A DNA stretch of 63,202 nucleotides, filler included, from Phoronis australis (GCA_002633005.1; 9 parts of 9 records of this genome joined end to end with filler, not necessarily neighbours in it); one strand, 5' to 3'. Numbered from the whole stretch's first letter, positions 1-13,442 are shown. The notes: a model not told the origin generated them from the sequence alone. Program-made: numbers and translations.

Positions 1-45
1 CGGCTGCAAAAACTGATAGTACTACGGTGTTTGAGACCAGATAAG
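1..45 (+). CDS. DNAH3: Axonemal dynein heavy chain (DNAH3-like), partial exon
   Basis: Reads RLQKLIVLRCLRPDK then a GT donor at 46; splices in frame to the exon at 589. Confidence 0.85.
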
Positions 46-588
46 GTATTTTCACATTGTGGTTCTAGTTGTAGTCTAATTTGCATTGACTGCTTTGTTT
101 TCAGCTTATGCGCTTTTGGTTTGATAGTTTGAAGCGAGTGGATTCTGTTTTGTAGTTGGTACTATTTTTTGTTTCTTTCAAAAATGTTGTCAGTAACTTT
201 TTGAAACCATGTCGAACACAGGCTGAAACTTTAAAGTAATTATTGAATAAGCCTGTAGTCCTTTTTGGCAGCTGGGTTGCCAAAATTTAATCCTCACGTT
301 GTGCTTGAGAAGTATATGTGATCAAATGGATCTGCTGTCAAATGTCAGAAATTTTCGAAAATGAGCTGTTGTGGGTTTCATACGTTTCAGCAGCTGAACA
401 TTAATATTTTGAATTTCTTCAATGAAATAATTGCTTGAACAGGTGAGATATCGGTCATACCAAGCATCACATTGTTCATCTTTCAGTGTCCTTGAGCTGA
501 TTCATGCAATGTTAACTGCCCACTCTGAATCATCAGTAACGTAGTCGGCCATTTTGTCGTTACTGTCATTTCTACTTTTTCACCACAG

Positions 589-766
589 ATGGTGCCAGCA
601 GCACAGGCTTTCATTGTTGCCAACATGAGCCAGCAGTACATTGAACCTCCGACCTTTGACCTGACAATCAGCTTCAAGGATTCGCAGTTCTTTACACCAA
701 TGATATTCGTTCTGTCTCCTGGAGCTGATCCAATGGCTGGCTTGTATAAATTTGCTGAAGAAAAAG
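589..766 (+). CDS. DNAH3: Axonemal dynein heavy chain exon (start of AAA6 region)
   Basis: ttttcaccacAG acceptor; MVPAAQAFIVANMSQQYIEPPTFDL...PMIFVLSPGADPMAGLYKFAEEK; phase-1 GT donor at 767. Confidence 0.9.
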
Positions 767-1374
767 GTACATTTGGCTTGTTTTGTCTACGAGTGTTGGT
801 AGTTTTGTGTGTGAATATTACCCTTAACTTTTACATCTTATTGGTGACTGTGTGAAACAAGTTGTGTGTGTTTAGAAATTTAAACTAGATTGCTTTCGTA
901 ATAACTTAATTCAAAATAAAGTGTATTGTTAGTAATTCTACAAATTGTTATCACGAAGCAAATTCATAACTTGGTTTCTTTATATGTTGGATTTACTTGG
1001 GATGAACAAATTTCGGAGTGTGACATGCCATATTTACTGTGTGTGGTGTTTTTAACAACAGCTTAATGTTCTGTTTCAATACTAGTGATTCTTTCCCTGT
1101 TTGTGTGGCTGCGTGAACGTTCCGATTCCTGTTTTGCAATTTACCATTTCATTACTGACTTTCAGTTTGATCGTTTAGCCACCATGTGTTCAGCTTTGTT
1201 TGATGAAGACTTTGACCACAAGCACTAACAGTTTGGAGTTATCCACCCTGTCTAGGTCTAATTCCTCGCAGTTTGCAAACCCGCACGAACACCAGCCACC
1301 AGCTGAAGTCCAACACGGCACTTGTTCTTGGTCAGGATGCCATTAATCAAGAACGCATCGCCAGTATGTGACCA

Positions 1375-2180
1375 GCACTCCACCTAACCCCCCCCCCTTC
1401 CACAATGGACCTTGCCCATGACTCAAGCCNCCCCCCACCTTCCACAATGGACCTTGCCCATGACTCAAGCCCCATGCCTTGTGCACATGTCTGTGTTAAG
1501 CACTCTTACTTACCTTCTACAATTCACCTTGCCCATATTTCAAGCTCCACCCCTTGACCTTGTGTATGTGTTGAGCACTCCATCTAACTACATATAACTT
1601 CCCTATTACAATGGACCTTGCCCATATCTCGGGCTTCACTGCTTGTGTACATGTCTATGTTGAGCACTCCATCTAACTATATCTAACTTGCCTTCTACAA
1701 TGAACCTTGCCCATATCTCAAGCCCAACTCCTTGTGTGCATGTCTGTATTGATCGAGTTTTCTATTCTTCTTCAGATGTTGGCCCTATCCCAAGCCTGTC
1801 CCCATGTGTATTGCAGCACTCTACGACTTCCCTTCTTTAAACCTTCCCCTATTCCAAGCCCCTCCCTGATGCTTGGTAGAGTTCAATAACACTTGGACCT
1901 CACTAGAAAAGCAAGACTTTGCGAGATATTGCCTTTTCGTCTTTTAAAGGAAACACAGTCATGATTTTAGCTACTACCTGTTTTTCAAGTTGCGAGAATG
2001 CTACTGAACTCTACCCTCTATTTGCACTCCGATATCCCGACCATAATGGACCTTCCCGTCATTTCTAGCCCATCCCTTCTATGCATTTTTATGAAGCCCC
2101 TCCCCTTCCACAGCGGACCTTGCTCTAAGTCCCGCCCCTCGTGTCTGTTGTATTGCATGTCTAAGTGTATGGTCCACACT
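1375..2180. repeat. Degenerate minisatellite (units of roughly 80-90 bp) in the dynein intron
   Basis: Recurrent ACAATGGACCTTGCCCAT...CAAGCCC...TGTGCACATGTCTGTGTTRAGCACTC units; boundaries approximate. Confidence 0.7.
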
Positions 2181-3133
2181 TTCTGATTTGCAGCTGTAAT
2201 CCCTGCACTTGCACCCAGCAGGTCACGTGGTTATTGTTTATCTGCCTAATATACTTACTCAACATACTGCATATGCCATCAAACTGTGTTTTTAAGGTGG
2301 AAATCAGATAAGAAGTGAAGAAACTGGAACCTTTTCTGGAATTTCAATTGAACTTAACGCAAACTTTGTAATTGAAAGGGTCATTTTCACAGCGCATTTC
2401 ATGGGGAAGTTCTGCCCCATGAGGTATTTGCCAGCTAAATTTACAACTCTCTGGTTTAACAAATGGATGTTATTAATTCCTGTATGACATTATAGTAGCC
2501 TTGGCTGTACTGTTAGGTCTCTGGCAAGTTGTCTACTAGTGAGCACTAAATCTTCTGGTCAACCCACCCATTGAATATGAAGAATTAGACTTCCCTGGTT
2601 GTCTCCATTCTGGTATTTTGCGTGTGTTCCTAGTATGGCTGAAACTTATAAGAAATTTATGTTGAGTTTAATTGAACTCGTTTGAGAAATCTGGATTAGG
2701 CAGTATCCTGCTTTGCACATGCCCAGCACTGCACTTTAATTTGTTATGCAGGTTTTGGGAAAATTGGATTAAAGTACAAATTGCACATTGTTGTTGTAAC
2801 CTTGGCAACTTGCTTCATGTGTGTTTTAACTTCACGATTTTTTGGTACTGTAATAATTTGTTAATGTTTTGGGTTACTATATTTTAACTGAAAGTCAATC
2901 AAACTGTTTCCGATATTAATTAGAAAGGGATGTCATTCGTTGCAGATATTTTTTTGAATTTACTGCACAAATTTTGCACTTTATGTTGTAAACTTGCATT
3001 TCCCTTGAAATCATGTTTAATGTCACACTTGGAGAACTATATCGTCAAGAGTGCCATCACCCGTTTTTGTCGGTGCATTAAGGTAATGATTAGTATGAAA
3101 TATCTTGATGCACGCAAAAACTTGTCTATTTAG

Positions 3134-3210
3134 GAATGGGAGGATCCAGACTCAAGACCATCTCTCTCGGCCAAGGTCAAGGTCCTATTGCTGAAAAAAT
3201 GATCAATGAG
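3134..3210 (+). CDS. DNAH3: Axonemal dynein heavy chain exon
   Basis: tttAG acceptor, phase matches the previous exon; (G)MGGSRLKTISLGQGQGPIAEKMINE; GT at 3211. GMGG..TISLGQGQGPIA resembles DNAH3 more than DNAH7/12 (from memory). Confidence 0.9.
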
Positions 3211-3756
3211 GTATTTAAGTGTTTCTGTTTGCGTAGGCAGACAAGTGTTGTTTGTCTGTTTTGTGCTAGTGTGAAGAAGTGTCAACAGGGGGTGTTCACT
3301 AAAGCTCAGGTTTCTTTTGGGCCCTGAGATAATGCTAAGAGTTGCGCAAGTCAACTCGCGACCTTACAAACTTGCAGTTGCATGATAGACACTGAAAGTG
3401 ACTGGACAGCTATTTTGGAATGTTATGCTAAATTTTGGGAGGAAAGAGTTTGTAAGACAGTTAACTCTCTGGTCTATTCAAGGAAGTGTCTTGCTAGTGA
3501 TCTCAGTATTAATTAATGCGCCCCCTTGTGGTCTCTCTATTCGTAAAAATACTAAGCAGATAATAGTATGTCGCACAGGTAGAGTTTTTTTGAAAACTTG
3601 TGGGAAATGTTTGTTGCAAAGTTCAACACTGTGAAACTATTATCTACCATATCATGCTGTAGTGCTGTTCTTGTTCTCTTGATCTGCCATATTTCATCAG
3701 AATTTTATTGGATGTTATAATGTCTTCAATGTCTCAATTTTGAGCATTCATTTTAG

Positions 3757-3843
3757 GCTATCCAAGCTGGAACGTGGGTTGTGCTGCAGAACTGCCACCT
3801 GGCGGCATCGTGGTTGGGTGACTTGCAACGAATATGTGAGACG
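3757..3843 (+). CDS. DNAH3: Axonemal dynein heavy chain exon
   Basis: ttttAG acceptor; AIQAGTWVVLQNCHLAASWLGDLQRICET; GTGAGT donor. Confidence 0.9.
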
Positions 3844-4062
3844 GTGAGTGGTGCGTCGAGTTATGGCAGTGCTAAATTGGATTGAAGGGGTTTCCTGTAA
3901 TTTGTTCAAGTGCCTTTCATGATGTAGTTCAAATTAAATAAAACTTTTAGAAACGAGAGTAATTCGAAACCAAGAAGTAATGACTGAAACTTGTATGGAT
4001 CGTTTCATACTTACCACCAATTCATATATTAGTGAAAAATCTGCATAATTATGATTACGCTC

Positions 4063-4138
4063 TTTTTATGCGCCCACATATTTATATGTGGACGCATTAT
4101 GCCGTCATCTCTGTCCGTCCGTCCGTCCGTCCGGGCGG
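4063..4138 (+). mobile_element. End of a Helentron-associated (HINE/DINE-1-like) non-autonomous element
   Basis: T-run, palindrome TGCGCCCACATATTTATATGTGGACGCA, then a (CCGT)n microsatellite; same family as 24012-24720; cut by the contig end. Confidence 0.6.
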
Positions 4139-4238
4139 NNNNNNNNNNNNNNNNNNNNNNNNNNNNNNNNNNNNNNNNNNNNTTAATTAATTAANNNNNN
4201 NNNNNNNNNNNNNNNNNNNNNNNNNNNNNNNNNNNNNN
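4139..4238. other. Artificial contig-joining linker. Identical linkers at 21449-21548, 24721-24820, 34563-34662, 37227-37326, 40712-40811, 43283-43382 and 51068-51167
   Basis: Invariant 44 N + TTAATTAATTAA (stops in all six frames) + 44 N. Confidence 0.97.
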
Positions 4239-4593
4239 CTTTCCTTTCATGGGACGTCTGTGAGGGTGAGCGATAGAAAAAACCGTAATATACCTTTTTG
4301 TGGTTGACGTAAAGTTCAATCCAACAGTTACTCATTGATTGTATAATTTTATCATCAATTGTTTTGTAATTTACGGAGTTGTGGACAAACAAGATCAACC
4401 CCCTCCCGGCGTTAGTGTGGTAGGCAATGTTGTATTCTGGAATAATAAGTGCACTGAGGTTGTCTTCGGACAGTGTTCCAAATTCACATATAGCAATGAC
4501 CATGTAATTGTTGTCTGTAATAACTTGCTTGAGAAGATCAAATCTTGAAAGATTGTTCGTCGAATTCTGAATCAGAGGACTCCTATTTCTCAA
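4239..4593 (-). mobile_element. Non-LTR retrotransposon (CR1/L2-like) APE endonuclease, N-terminal part
   Basis: IQNSTNNLSRFDLLK...VIAICE...GRGLILFVHNSV...WIEL...GFFYRSP follows the LINE EEP endonuclease pattern; runs off the contig end. Confidence 0.75.
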
Positions 4594-5361
4594 ACAAGTG
4601 CATGGTCTTTCCAGAAGCCCAAGATGAGGCTATGAACTTGCTGACGTCAACAGGGTTATGTTGCTCTACCCCCGTGCGCAACAAACATGGCACTTACATG
4701 TCTTTGGAAGATGTCAGTGACTGCTTTCAAGGTAACGATTTTAAATTTCAAACTTTGGTTAATAAACTTTGTTTCATAATGCACCAGCACCGGGCGCCTC
4801 ATGCACACATTCCGCAACATTATGAGATAAACGAAAGTCTAGTGAATAAGATCAAGGGTTTGTCCCATGAGGTTTACTTACGAGGGCGATTAACAGAGTT
4901 GTGCGATCTCTAGCTATCGAGTTGTTAACTAAATTGAGGGGAATTAGGCATTATCTGTCTCATAGGTCAGTTTGAACATACTGTGTTCTTATTTCGTGCA
5001 CAGTAATTGTTATTTATCCCCCCCGAATAAACTCAGGTAAATATGGACTAGTGTCCCCCCAAATGGACAAGGACATTGTGCCACCTGTTTACCCGTAGCA
5101 TGGAAAACAACAAAAGCCTAGTCAAGGGACAAAAGCTTCGATGAAATAAAGCGTTTGAAAAATATTCCCAACAGTATTGCAACAAAACGATGGTTTAAAC
5201 AATTACATTCATTCCACGCACATCTTGGATCGTACTTTGTTGTGATGGCACTCTGGTTTTTCAAAATCTTGTCTTAGCGATGAGTTCACCAAAACGATAA
5301 CACTATGACAGCGCCATATTGTAATAAAAAAAAAAATATATATATATATATTTTATTTCAG

Positions 5362-5495
5362 ACACGATGGTTCCTCGCAGAATTGTGCGCCTTCTAACGT
5401 TCATACCAGGTACTCCTCTGTCAAGCATCCAAATGTCCCCTCAGCGCATGTACGACGTTGGAAGACTGGCTGGAATCGTACAACAGTGGCTTATG
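5362..5495 (+). CDS. HYKK: Hydroxylysine kinase-like (HYKK/AGPHD1, APH family) internal exon
   Basis: ttttatttcAG acceptor; IVRLLTFIPGTPLSSIQMSPQRMYDVGRLAG resembles HYKK VRLLTYLPG...LLYEIGKLAA; GTAAAC donor. Confidence 0.7.
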
Positions 5496-7847
5496 GTAAA
5501 CAGTTTCTAAGTGTCCACAGGCCTGTCCCATGTAAGACACAAAATGGTCTTGATCTCTCCACGTTGAACGTAAACACCATTTTTGTCGGTGTATGCACAG
5601 ACGCTGGGATCAGCTTGTAAATAACAAAGAAAGACGGGGAAGGAAAACTACACCTTCTGCGTTGGAGCTTTGAAATCAATGGGGCCTCGTGCATTGGAGG
5701 TGCATTCGTCGCACTTTCGGTTTATCGTCAACACTAAGAAAATCGTGTTGCAAAAGAATTGATTCACAAGTAACGGGTAGGTGCACAAAGCAGAAGTACA
5801 TTTAAGACTGTTTTATTTCAATGTAAACCTTCAATTGTATCATACCGTACACGGTAATGCGGAGGAAGGAAGCGTGTCCATTCATAATGAACGATACCTT
5901 GAGGTATCATTGGACTAAGACAACCATGTTTCAATGTTCTGTAGCACATTTCCACCATAAGCAGCAGCAACACGTGTAGTCTGTAGAAACTGTTTTTGCT
6001 CTTTTCACCGAATTCGTGACACGTTCGAAATAACATTTTTTTCAGAATTTCGATCACGCTGGTCTCTCGACAAACGCTTCCGAATACAGTATGGAGAATG
6101 CACACATAACAATTGTGAAACATGTCCATTACATGGAAGACAGACATTTTGTCGAAGTACTTAAGCTTACAGCGAAGCGGTTTGAACAAGAAATCATTCA
6201 GCAACGACACAAGTACAGGGAAAGTAAGTCAATATTTTGAAATAATCGGAGGTCATAAAGAAATCAACCAGTGCTCTTTTTACCATCGAATACACCACTA
6301 GGCAATTTCTATATTCAATGAACTACTCGAGTGAAAGGTCTGTTTAACACAAGAACTCCGATTAAACTGGAATCATTGTAGAGTCTCCATAGATGAAAGC
6401 ATTTTCGAGTTAGAACAATTGCGGTGTTTGAGCAAGGTTACAAGTAAGCAGGTTGATAGATCTGAGATAGAAAACAAAGTTTGTGAGCTTCTAGTCCGCT
6501 CGGGACTTAAACAACACCTTTGTAGTAACTTATGCCGCAGGGAGCGAAGGGATTCGGCAATCCTCAGGTTCAGCACTGCTCCCATAGGAGTTGAAGTATG
6601 AAGTTGTTCTGGTTTGAGGTAGAATGTTTGGCCATGAGTAACAAACAGTAAACGATATGCCCAGTCTGTTTTGTTATTTGTCGATGCTTCGAATGAAGTC
6701 TTTAAATGGTAGGACCCGTCACGCTAAAATGCGACATGGTTTTGCTGGAAGAACAATGCATTGTGGGTCAGGCTCTTAGAAAATAACAGCAGCAGGCTAT
6801 TGGTCATTATAAGCGAGATGATCGGACAAGCGGAGGCAGTGGTAGCGGAAGTAGCTAGAGCTGACAGTGTACAGTAACTTGGACCAAAATAATGTTAATC
6901 ATCAAGGACAAAGAAATATGGGCTAACCGGCTAAGGACGGCGTTTGTCTTTACGTTTATCGTCTGCTGAACCTCTTTCAGGAGTTTTAAGCGCAGTGCCT
7001 GGTAGCATCTTTACCGTCGTGAACGTGTGATGACCAGATCGACTTCAGTTGCTCTGGGGAATCGCTGCTTCTCCCAAGTAAAAAGTTAAAAGGATACTAA
7101 ACCCTGTTTTGAGAGTTGCTTGCAGTCTTCATTCTGTCACCTGCTAATGCATCATTAACGTCAATCTTGAAAGATAAAAGCAAGAATCATCTGAAAACTT
7201 ATACTCCCTATGTCACAGATTTGATGTTATGGTTCTTGGCAGGTGGTCTTTCCCCACAGTGGCCTTGCAATTCGGTGAAAGTGCTAGTCACGCTGGCCCG
7301 TCTAGCAGGCTTGATCGAAAGGAGTTTTCAAATTTTCCTCTTAGCTTTTGAGGGTTGTCGATGATTATAGAGCATTGTTTTGTTTCCGGGAGTTGGATTG
7401 GAAAGTCATGTTTGCCAAATCAGGGTTTGGTATCTTTTTAAATGAGATGATCAGAAAAAACGGAACTAGTGGTAGTTTTGTAACTTAGTTAAAATGCCAT
7501 GCAGAATGGGCCGAGGAATGTGGCCTGCGTGGCTGCGGACCTTTGTGGTCTCAAACAGTACTTCGAGCACTTTAAATACAGACGTGGAACCAATCCGTAC
7601 GAGTGGGCACTCACTCTGCTGGGAATCACTAGAGAGTACTGTTATGGACAGAAATGAAAGTGAGATGACCAAAGTTTTCTGGGAAACCAGCTGATCCTTC
7701 TGAGTAGAAGGGCTCACTCGACCGGCCTCATGCCCACATAAATTTGCGCTCAGAGTCTGGTCTCGGCTTGACTCACAAGAAGATACATAAGGCCCACTGC
7801 ACCCAGTTCACGCTAACGTAGGCATATCCTCAGTTCCGACTATCATT

Positions 7848-8007
7848 CAGGGGCGGATCCAGAATTTTGAGTTGGGGGGCAGGGCAAAGTATTTACCAGG
7901 ATTATGCCGTCAGACATTGGCTCCCCCGAACTGACAAATGGAATCTGGGACAGTTTTAGGGGAGGGGGCACTGCCCCCTTGTAACCCACCCCCTAAATCG
8001 GCCACTG
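7848..8007. mobile_element. Short MITE with CAGGGGCGGAT-type TIRs (hAT-like)
   Basis: CAGGGGCGGATCC...TAAATCGGCCACTG flanked by a 6-bp direct repeat ATCATT (7842-7847, 8008-8013). Confidence 0.7.
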
Positions 8008-8549
8008 ATCATTGAAAATTCTTGAACCAGTTATATAAATCCTTCAGTTGTATGTATATTTTCTTCCTTGTAACTGGAACAATGTCCCTAAGTTCATAGC
8101 AACCGCACGCCGGTGGTGGCTTTGAGTTAACTGAGGATTTTGATGTATTTTTACTCGTTTTTATCCGGCTGCGCTCACTATAGTCGTGACAGATAAAACA
8201 GTTTACTCTGGAATCGGTGAGTTTTATTGCGCATGGTTTTTACAGTCTTTGGCCCAGTATACTTTTCATATTTTCAAGTTTTGTTCACTCTATGGAAAAT
8301 TATCGGTTGAGCCCCGCCAAGTCCTGATCTACACGCGAAACACTCGCCTCCAACTCGTGGAATACGTAAATGATGTTGCGTGATCTAGCGTTTTTCAAGA
8401 AACTTGGTCTACAGAACGTACATTTGCACTGTTGAAATTCTCGCCCGGCCCTTTAAGACAAACTGCCGCATTGCTTAGAATATCCTGTTTTAACTACATC
8501 GTTATTGACTGTTTGTATTTATTCGGCCGATTTTTTAATTTCATTATAG

Positions 8550-9061
8550 GTGTTATTCACGGAGATTTGAGTGCCCAGAATATACTTGCTACCAAGAGAG
8601 TTTCGTCAAGACTATTGGTGAACGACATTAACTTCGACCATTCGCTAGGCGTGATCCGGAGAAGCAAACCGAAGTTGCTGCAAATGTACGGTTTGATAGA
8701 TTTTGGCGATTCCTTGAAGGGACTTAGATTGTTTGAAATTTCCAACTGCATAGCAGATCTTTTAACACATTCTGATGACTGGAAAAAATCCGGACATTTT
8801 ATTTTGTCTGGTTTTCTCGATGAGGTGCCTCTTTCTGACCATGAGTTACAGGTTGTACCACTGGGCGTGAAAACGAGGCTTGGGCAGTTGGTTGTTCTGT
8901 TGACACAAGCAGATGTGACCGCAGGTGGCGCTGATGAATACATAAGTCGCCTCAGAAACGAATATTATGAGACACTCCAAGAGTTAGCGCAGTTTACAGA
9001 CAAGGAAATTTTAAGTGAATGGAATCGCGGTACGCGTACTGTTCCTTTGAATAATAAATAG
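8550..9061 (+). CDS. HYKK: Hydroxylysine kinase-like terminal coding exon
   Basis: tttcattatAG acceptor; VIHGDLSAQNIL catalytic loop, GLIDFGD metal-binding motif, FEIS..IA, ILSGFLDEVPLS; stop TAG ending at 9061. Confidence 0.8.
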
Positions 9062-10207
9062 CATTTCTAACACAGCGGCAAACAATGGAACAGAAATGTG
9101 CACATAGACCTAGTGGCTTGCAGCTAACTTTTGAAGAGTAGTAGACTGCTTCAGGACTCTAGTGGCTTGTGTCAGCAGATCGGAGCAAACGCTCGTATTA
9201 TTTGATTTCTTTGCTACGTTTTCAAGAAAAAGTGATGCAACAAGTGCTGTACGGCTCATGGGACAACACGTATATTGTTACCTGTGACAGGTAGCTCAGG
9301 TGGAGTGCATCGCGTCTCTTATTATGGTAAAAGTGTGCCAAAACATAATAAATTTTGAGTTACAGAAGTGAAATTTTCATGGCCTCTTATGAAAGAACGC
9401 CATGACGTTGCAACACCACTAAATAGGCCAACCACACTCCGTGGCCCTTGTATTCTAGTTACTCAGTTCAATGACTCACTTAAACACGGCCGCACTCACA
9501 ACACACGAATTACGCACTCAAACTTGTCGAGACAGTATTTTTTCAGTTGGCCCTAATGCTCCACCGTAGTTACTATATGCATAGAGCTCTAAGTTGTATG
9601 CTATATCGAAACATAGAAGAGACGTGACACTGAGATAACTTTCTCTACCGATCACTGCTTATTTTGTGTTTATAATGTCTCAAATTTCGTACATAATATC
9701 TTCAATGCATACTTTGAAATGTGAGAATCGGAAAAGTACTGGTGTTTCGTCATTGTCAGTGAATTTTCCTCGCAAACACTGATTGATGGTGTTCAAGTGT
9801 TGTCAATGCGTATAGATGTAGTGAATGAACTCGGGCGTTATGTAATGGAGTCGTGATCGGTACTCAAGTTGATTTTACCATAACAAGTTAACAACTTGTA
9901 TCAGAATGTATACTTTACTAGATTTCCTCAGTCCTGCTCATAAACACACAATGGAATGATCTTTGAGTTTGAGTCTAGACCTCGGCCGTAAACAGATAAT
10001 TAAGCCTCCAATAATAGGCGTAGGCCTATTGGGCGCTAGGGGTAGGGGCAACTTGTCCCAGTCTCGGACAAAATTATGGGGAAAATGAGAATTCGTTAAG
10101 CGAAATTCAATGAAAGGAACGGGGAATATTACAGAAGCCCCGGTGACAGTGAAATGTATGAGAACTGAAATGAGTCAGCTATTCAAATGCCCAATAAAAT
10201 CGTAACA

Positions 10208-10344
10208 CAGTGGCGGATTTAGAGGGGGGCCAAGGGAGCCATGCCCCCCCTAAAATTCTTGTTTACATTGGTCAGATGGGGGATGCGAATGTCTGATGGG
10301 CAAAATCCTGGCCCCCATAAATCAAAATCCTGGATCCGCCCCTG
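10208..10344. mobile_element. Short MITE with the same TIR type as 7848-8007, opposite orientation
   Basis: CAGTGGCGGATTTAG...TGGATCCGCCCCTG; no clean TSD. Confidence 0.6.
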
Positions 10345-12027
10345 CAACATTCATAAAGTCGTACAGCATCACGACACGCGGCCCAAACAATCAAGGATGT
10401 ATGAACGCATTCAAAAACAATAGCATTAAATAGAATGTGAAGAATGAAAGTTTGAAAAGCTTGAAGAACGCTGAATAATATCTGTTAGTGGCAAAAGGAC
10501 GAAATTGTCTAAATTTTCACTCGAGGATACTATTTCTTTCGAATGTCAGATAACTACCCCGACTTGGTGGAGCCTTCCCGGATCGAGTGTACGCAGTCCG
10601 CCGTTTGTGCGCATGTTTTCTGGACTCACTGACAAGTACGGATTTTAAAGCAAATCTTGCAACTTAGCACGTAGGAAATTGCTATGTTCGAGCAGACTCG
10701 ATATGTCAGTAGTTCGTTAATTTTTAATTTACATGTTTATAGTATACAAAATGTCTGGAAGTCCTGATTCACACATTATTTTTGCTCTTATAAATGAATC
10801 TAGTGAGAAATGTACGCTTCAGTATGATTTTTGAGGGAAGTTGGAATTGCGTAAAATCGACATCGTTCTGCCAAGTGGTAAATATGAAATTGCTTTTGTG
10901 ATTCGTGTAGTCTCTGGTGGACCTAGAATGTCGCAAGGGGGCAACCACGCTTCTGGAAAATGTGACAGTTATCCCTAAAAATCTTTTGGACGCATCCGGC
11001 GGGAGCCTCTCAAGTATGGGTAACGCTTTACCAAATCGGTGTTTCGGTGCAGTTTGACGGAAGTTGATTGAAATTCGGATAAATGTACCATGTGCCTCAA
11101 ACGGCAAAGTCCAAAAACACCCACGCCTTCAGAAAACATGACAGCCAGTGACCGCGATTTTGCAAACTTCAAAATGGTGCACGTCCCTCGGGTGTAAAAA
11201 ATTGTAAAGCTCTGCATGAAATTTAAAATTTAAAACATTTCGTGTAATTGTGAAAAAGTCTTCAGCAAACCAATTTACTGAAATGTTAAACAGAACTTTG
11301 ATGTCGACCCATTGAATTAAAAGTCCTGTAACCACGGCATAGGTATACAAAAATACGCGCTTTCAGAGCGTAATTTTGGCAGAAACAATTTCTCCCCTGC
11401 ACTAGTATACGTATTGCCGTGTCTTTAGGCCTATGGGCCTGTACCGAAATAATGCTTTTTGCAGTCTTTTTACCCACGTTCTTAACATACTGGCGCATGC
11501 GCCTACGTTACGCATATAAGTGCAGTTCCTCACCGACTCCCATGGGCTTAATTGCAAGGGGACACGGTAGCCTTGGGAATACTGAACTTTCGATATCAAA
11601 GTACGAACCAAAATGATGATAGTTACCTCGACAAGATGGATGTGCACCGCACGCGAAGTGGGAATAAAGAAAAAAAAAACAAGTAGCAGGTGTCCAAGGG
11701 AAACCTTAATTGTCAAATGCATTTATTGTTTTTGAGTGTTTCGTACTACATGTACGTACAAAAACAGTATTGTTATTATTTTTCCAACTAACGTCGGTGA
11801 TCAGATCTCAGTTCACTTGTTTCAACTATTACAATCCAACGAGGACTCTAAGGATATTTTGAAACATTGCTATGAAATTGTAAAATTTATCTAGTAAGAA
11901 TTATTGTCTTAGACGTTGATCACAATCTGTTTACTCCTTACAATTGATGTACGGTATTCGTAATAACCTGACTGGTCTGTACATGTTTACCATTTTACAT
12001 GTGATTTATATGAACTACTACTATTAA

Positions 12028-13442
12028 ATGCGAAGGCAACCCTTTTCCATGTCATTTTGAGCTAAAATAAGGTTGGTTGGTTATCCTAGACGTATTTTCC
12101 ACTTAATTACACCTTTTCGTAATTCTATAAATTACTCGTCGGCTACTCCGGAAGTGACGTTTTAGGAGGCAAGCGTTTCCCGCCACTTGGTTTTGCGTTG
12201 ACTTTACCGTGCGAATCTGTTCTATTCTACATTTGTTTNTGTTACTGCAATCATCTTTTTGCAAACGATCGAATTATATAGGCAACAATTCTTATTGCAT
12301 GTTGTCGTCTGCTACCATGCCTGTATTAACGGATATGCATAAACATTTCATTCAAATCACATGTAATTTCTCCACTAACTACTTCTTAAAACCACCATTA
12401 CTAATACGAGATCAACGTCTTATTTGTCGTGTTGAATTAAACGTGCGAAGTTAGATATCCTCGGCAAGTATCTGAATACCTCAACTGTTCCATTAAACTG
12501 CAATACAGCCACCTGCCCTGGAGCTGATGCGCAGACACCTGTGGCCGGTTCCATGAAACAGTCCCAAATAGGGACTCCACTAAGGTTCCTATGTCTATTT
12601 GCGTATTTGTGTCTTTATGGACTCACAGGTGCAATATTTTCTATCATTTCATCTTTAATTTGGGCTTCTCTTTGTTTAATGACTTTTTCTAATAATATAG
12701 ATAAAAACTGAACCCGGAGTTCATTGAAAATAAATAGGGACTTAGTCCTCAAATTGGGGGCGTTGCATGAAAAGATCCCTAATCATTTTCGATAATATTG
12801 GCAATTTAACGTAGAGTTCACTTTCGATTTTTATCAAAGTCAAAAGATAACTTAATAATGAAACTAAAACAATACAAGAATACAAGAATCTGGGTAAACC
12901 TCCACCACACTACCCTCGGCGTCATACTTGACAACACTGTGAATATCGCTGTCGGTGATGAAGGCATCTCCATCTACACTCGTTGTAACATCGACAGAGT
13001 ACTGCAGTTTGTGTTTGGTTTCATTTAACTCGCAGTATTTTTGTCAAACACCTTGACATTCTTCAGTGTTTTCCGAGCATGTGACAATCCACCATCACCC
13101 ACTGCAGGTCCCCAGCACCCCAATCCTATTTTCCCCTTACGGTGGCTCTTGAATCCCCGCTCGAATCGAAAGTTTCAGCGAAATCCACCGAGCCGTTTTC
13201 GAGAAGTCATGTGCCTAAGTTCAAATTAAGTCATTTTCCGAAGCCGAGAAAAAGCCGATTAAGCTGTCCGGGGAGACGTGAAAATCTCACGTTATTACTT
13301 GGGTTAATTATTCGGTGAAAACTTGTTTCCGGTCAATATAACCTATATATACCATAACCATGTTCGCTATTTCAACATTCGATCGCGATGTCAACTGAAT
13401 TTGCCGTNCTCAAAATGACATGGAAAAAGGTTGCCTTCGCCT
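12028..13442 (-). mobile_element. Kolobok element ends (same family as 44108-45787); interior not properly assembled
   Basis: TTAA|ATGCGAAGGCAACC... (12028-12238) and ...GGTTGCCTTCGCCT|TTAA (13409-13442) match the TIRs of the 44-45 kb element; single Ns at 12239 and 13408. Confidence 0.75.

Noticed and set aside
4183-4194. TTAATTAATTAA motif repeated eight times as a biological repeat
   Set aside because: Always centred in 88 Ns; it is an artificial contig linker
8432-8549. N-terminal part of the 209-aa ORF as coding sequence
   Set aside because: Intron sequence ending in a polypyrimidine tract and AG; kinase similarity starts at 8550
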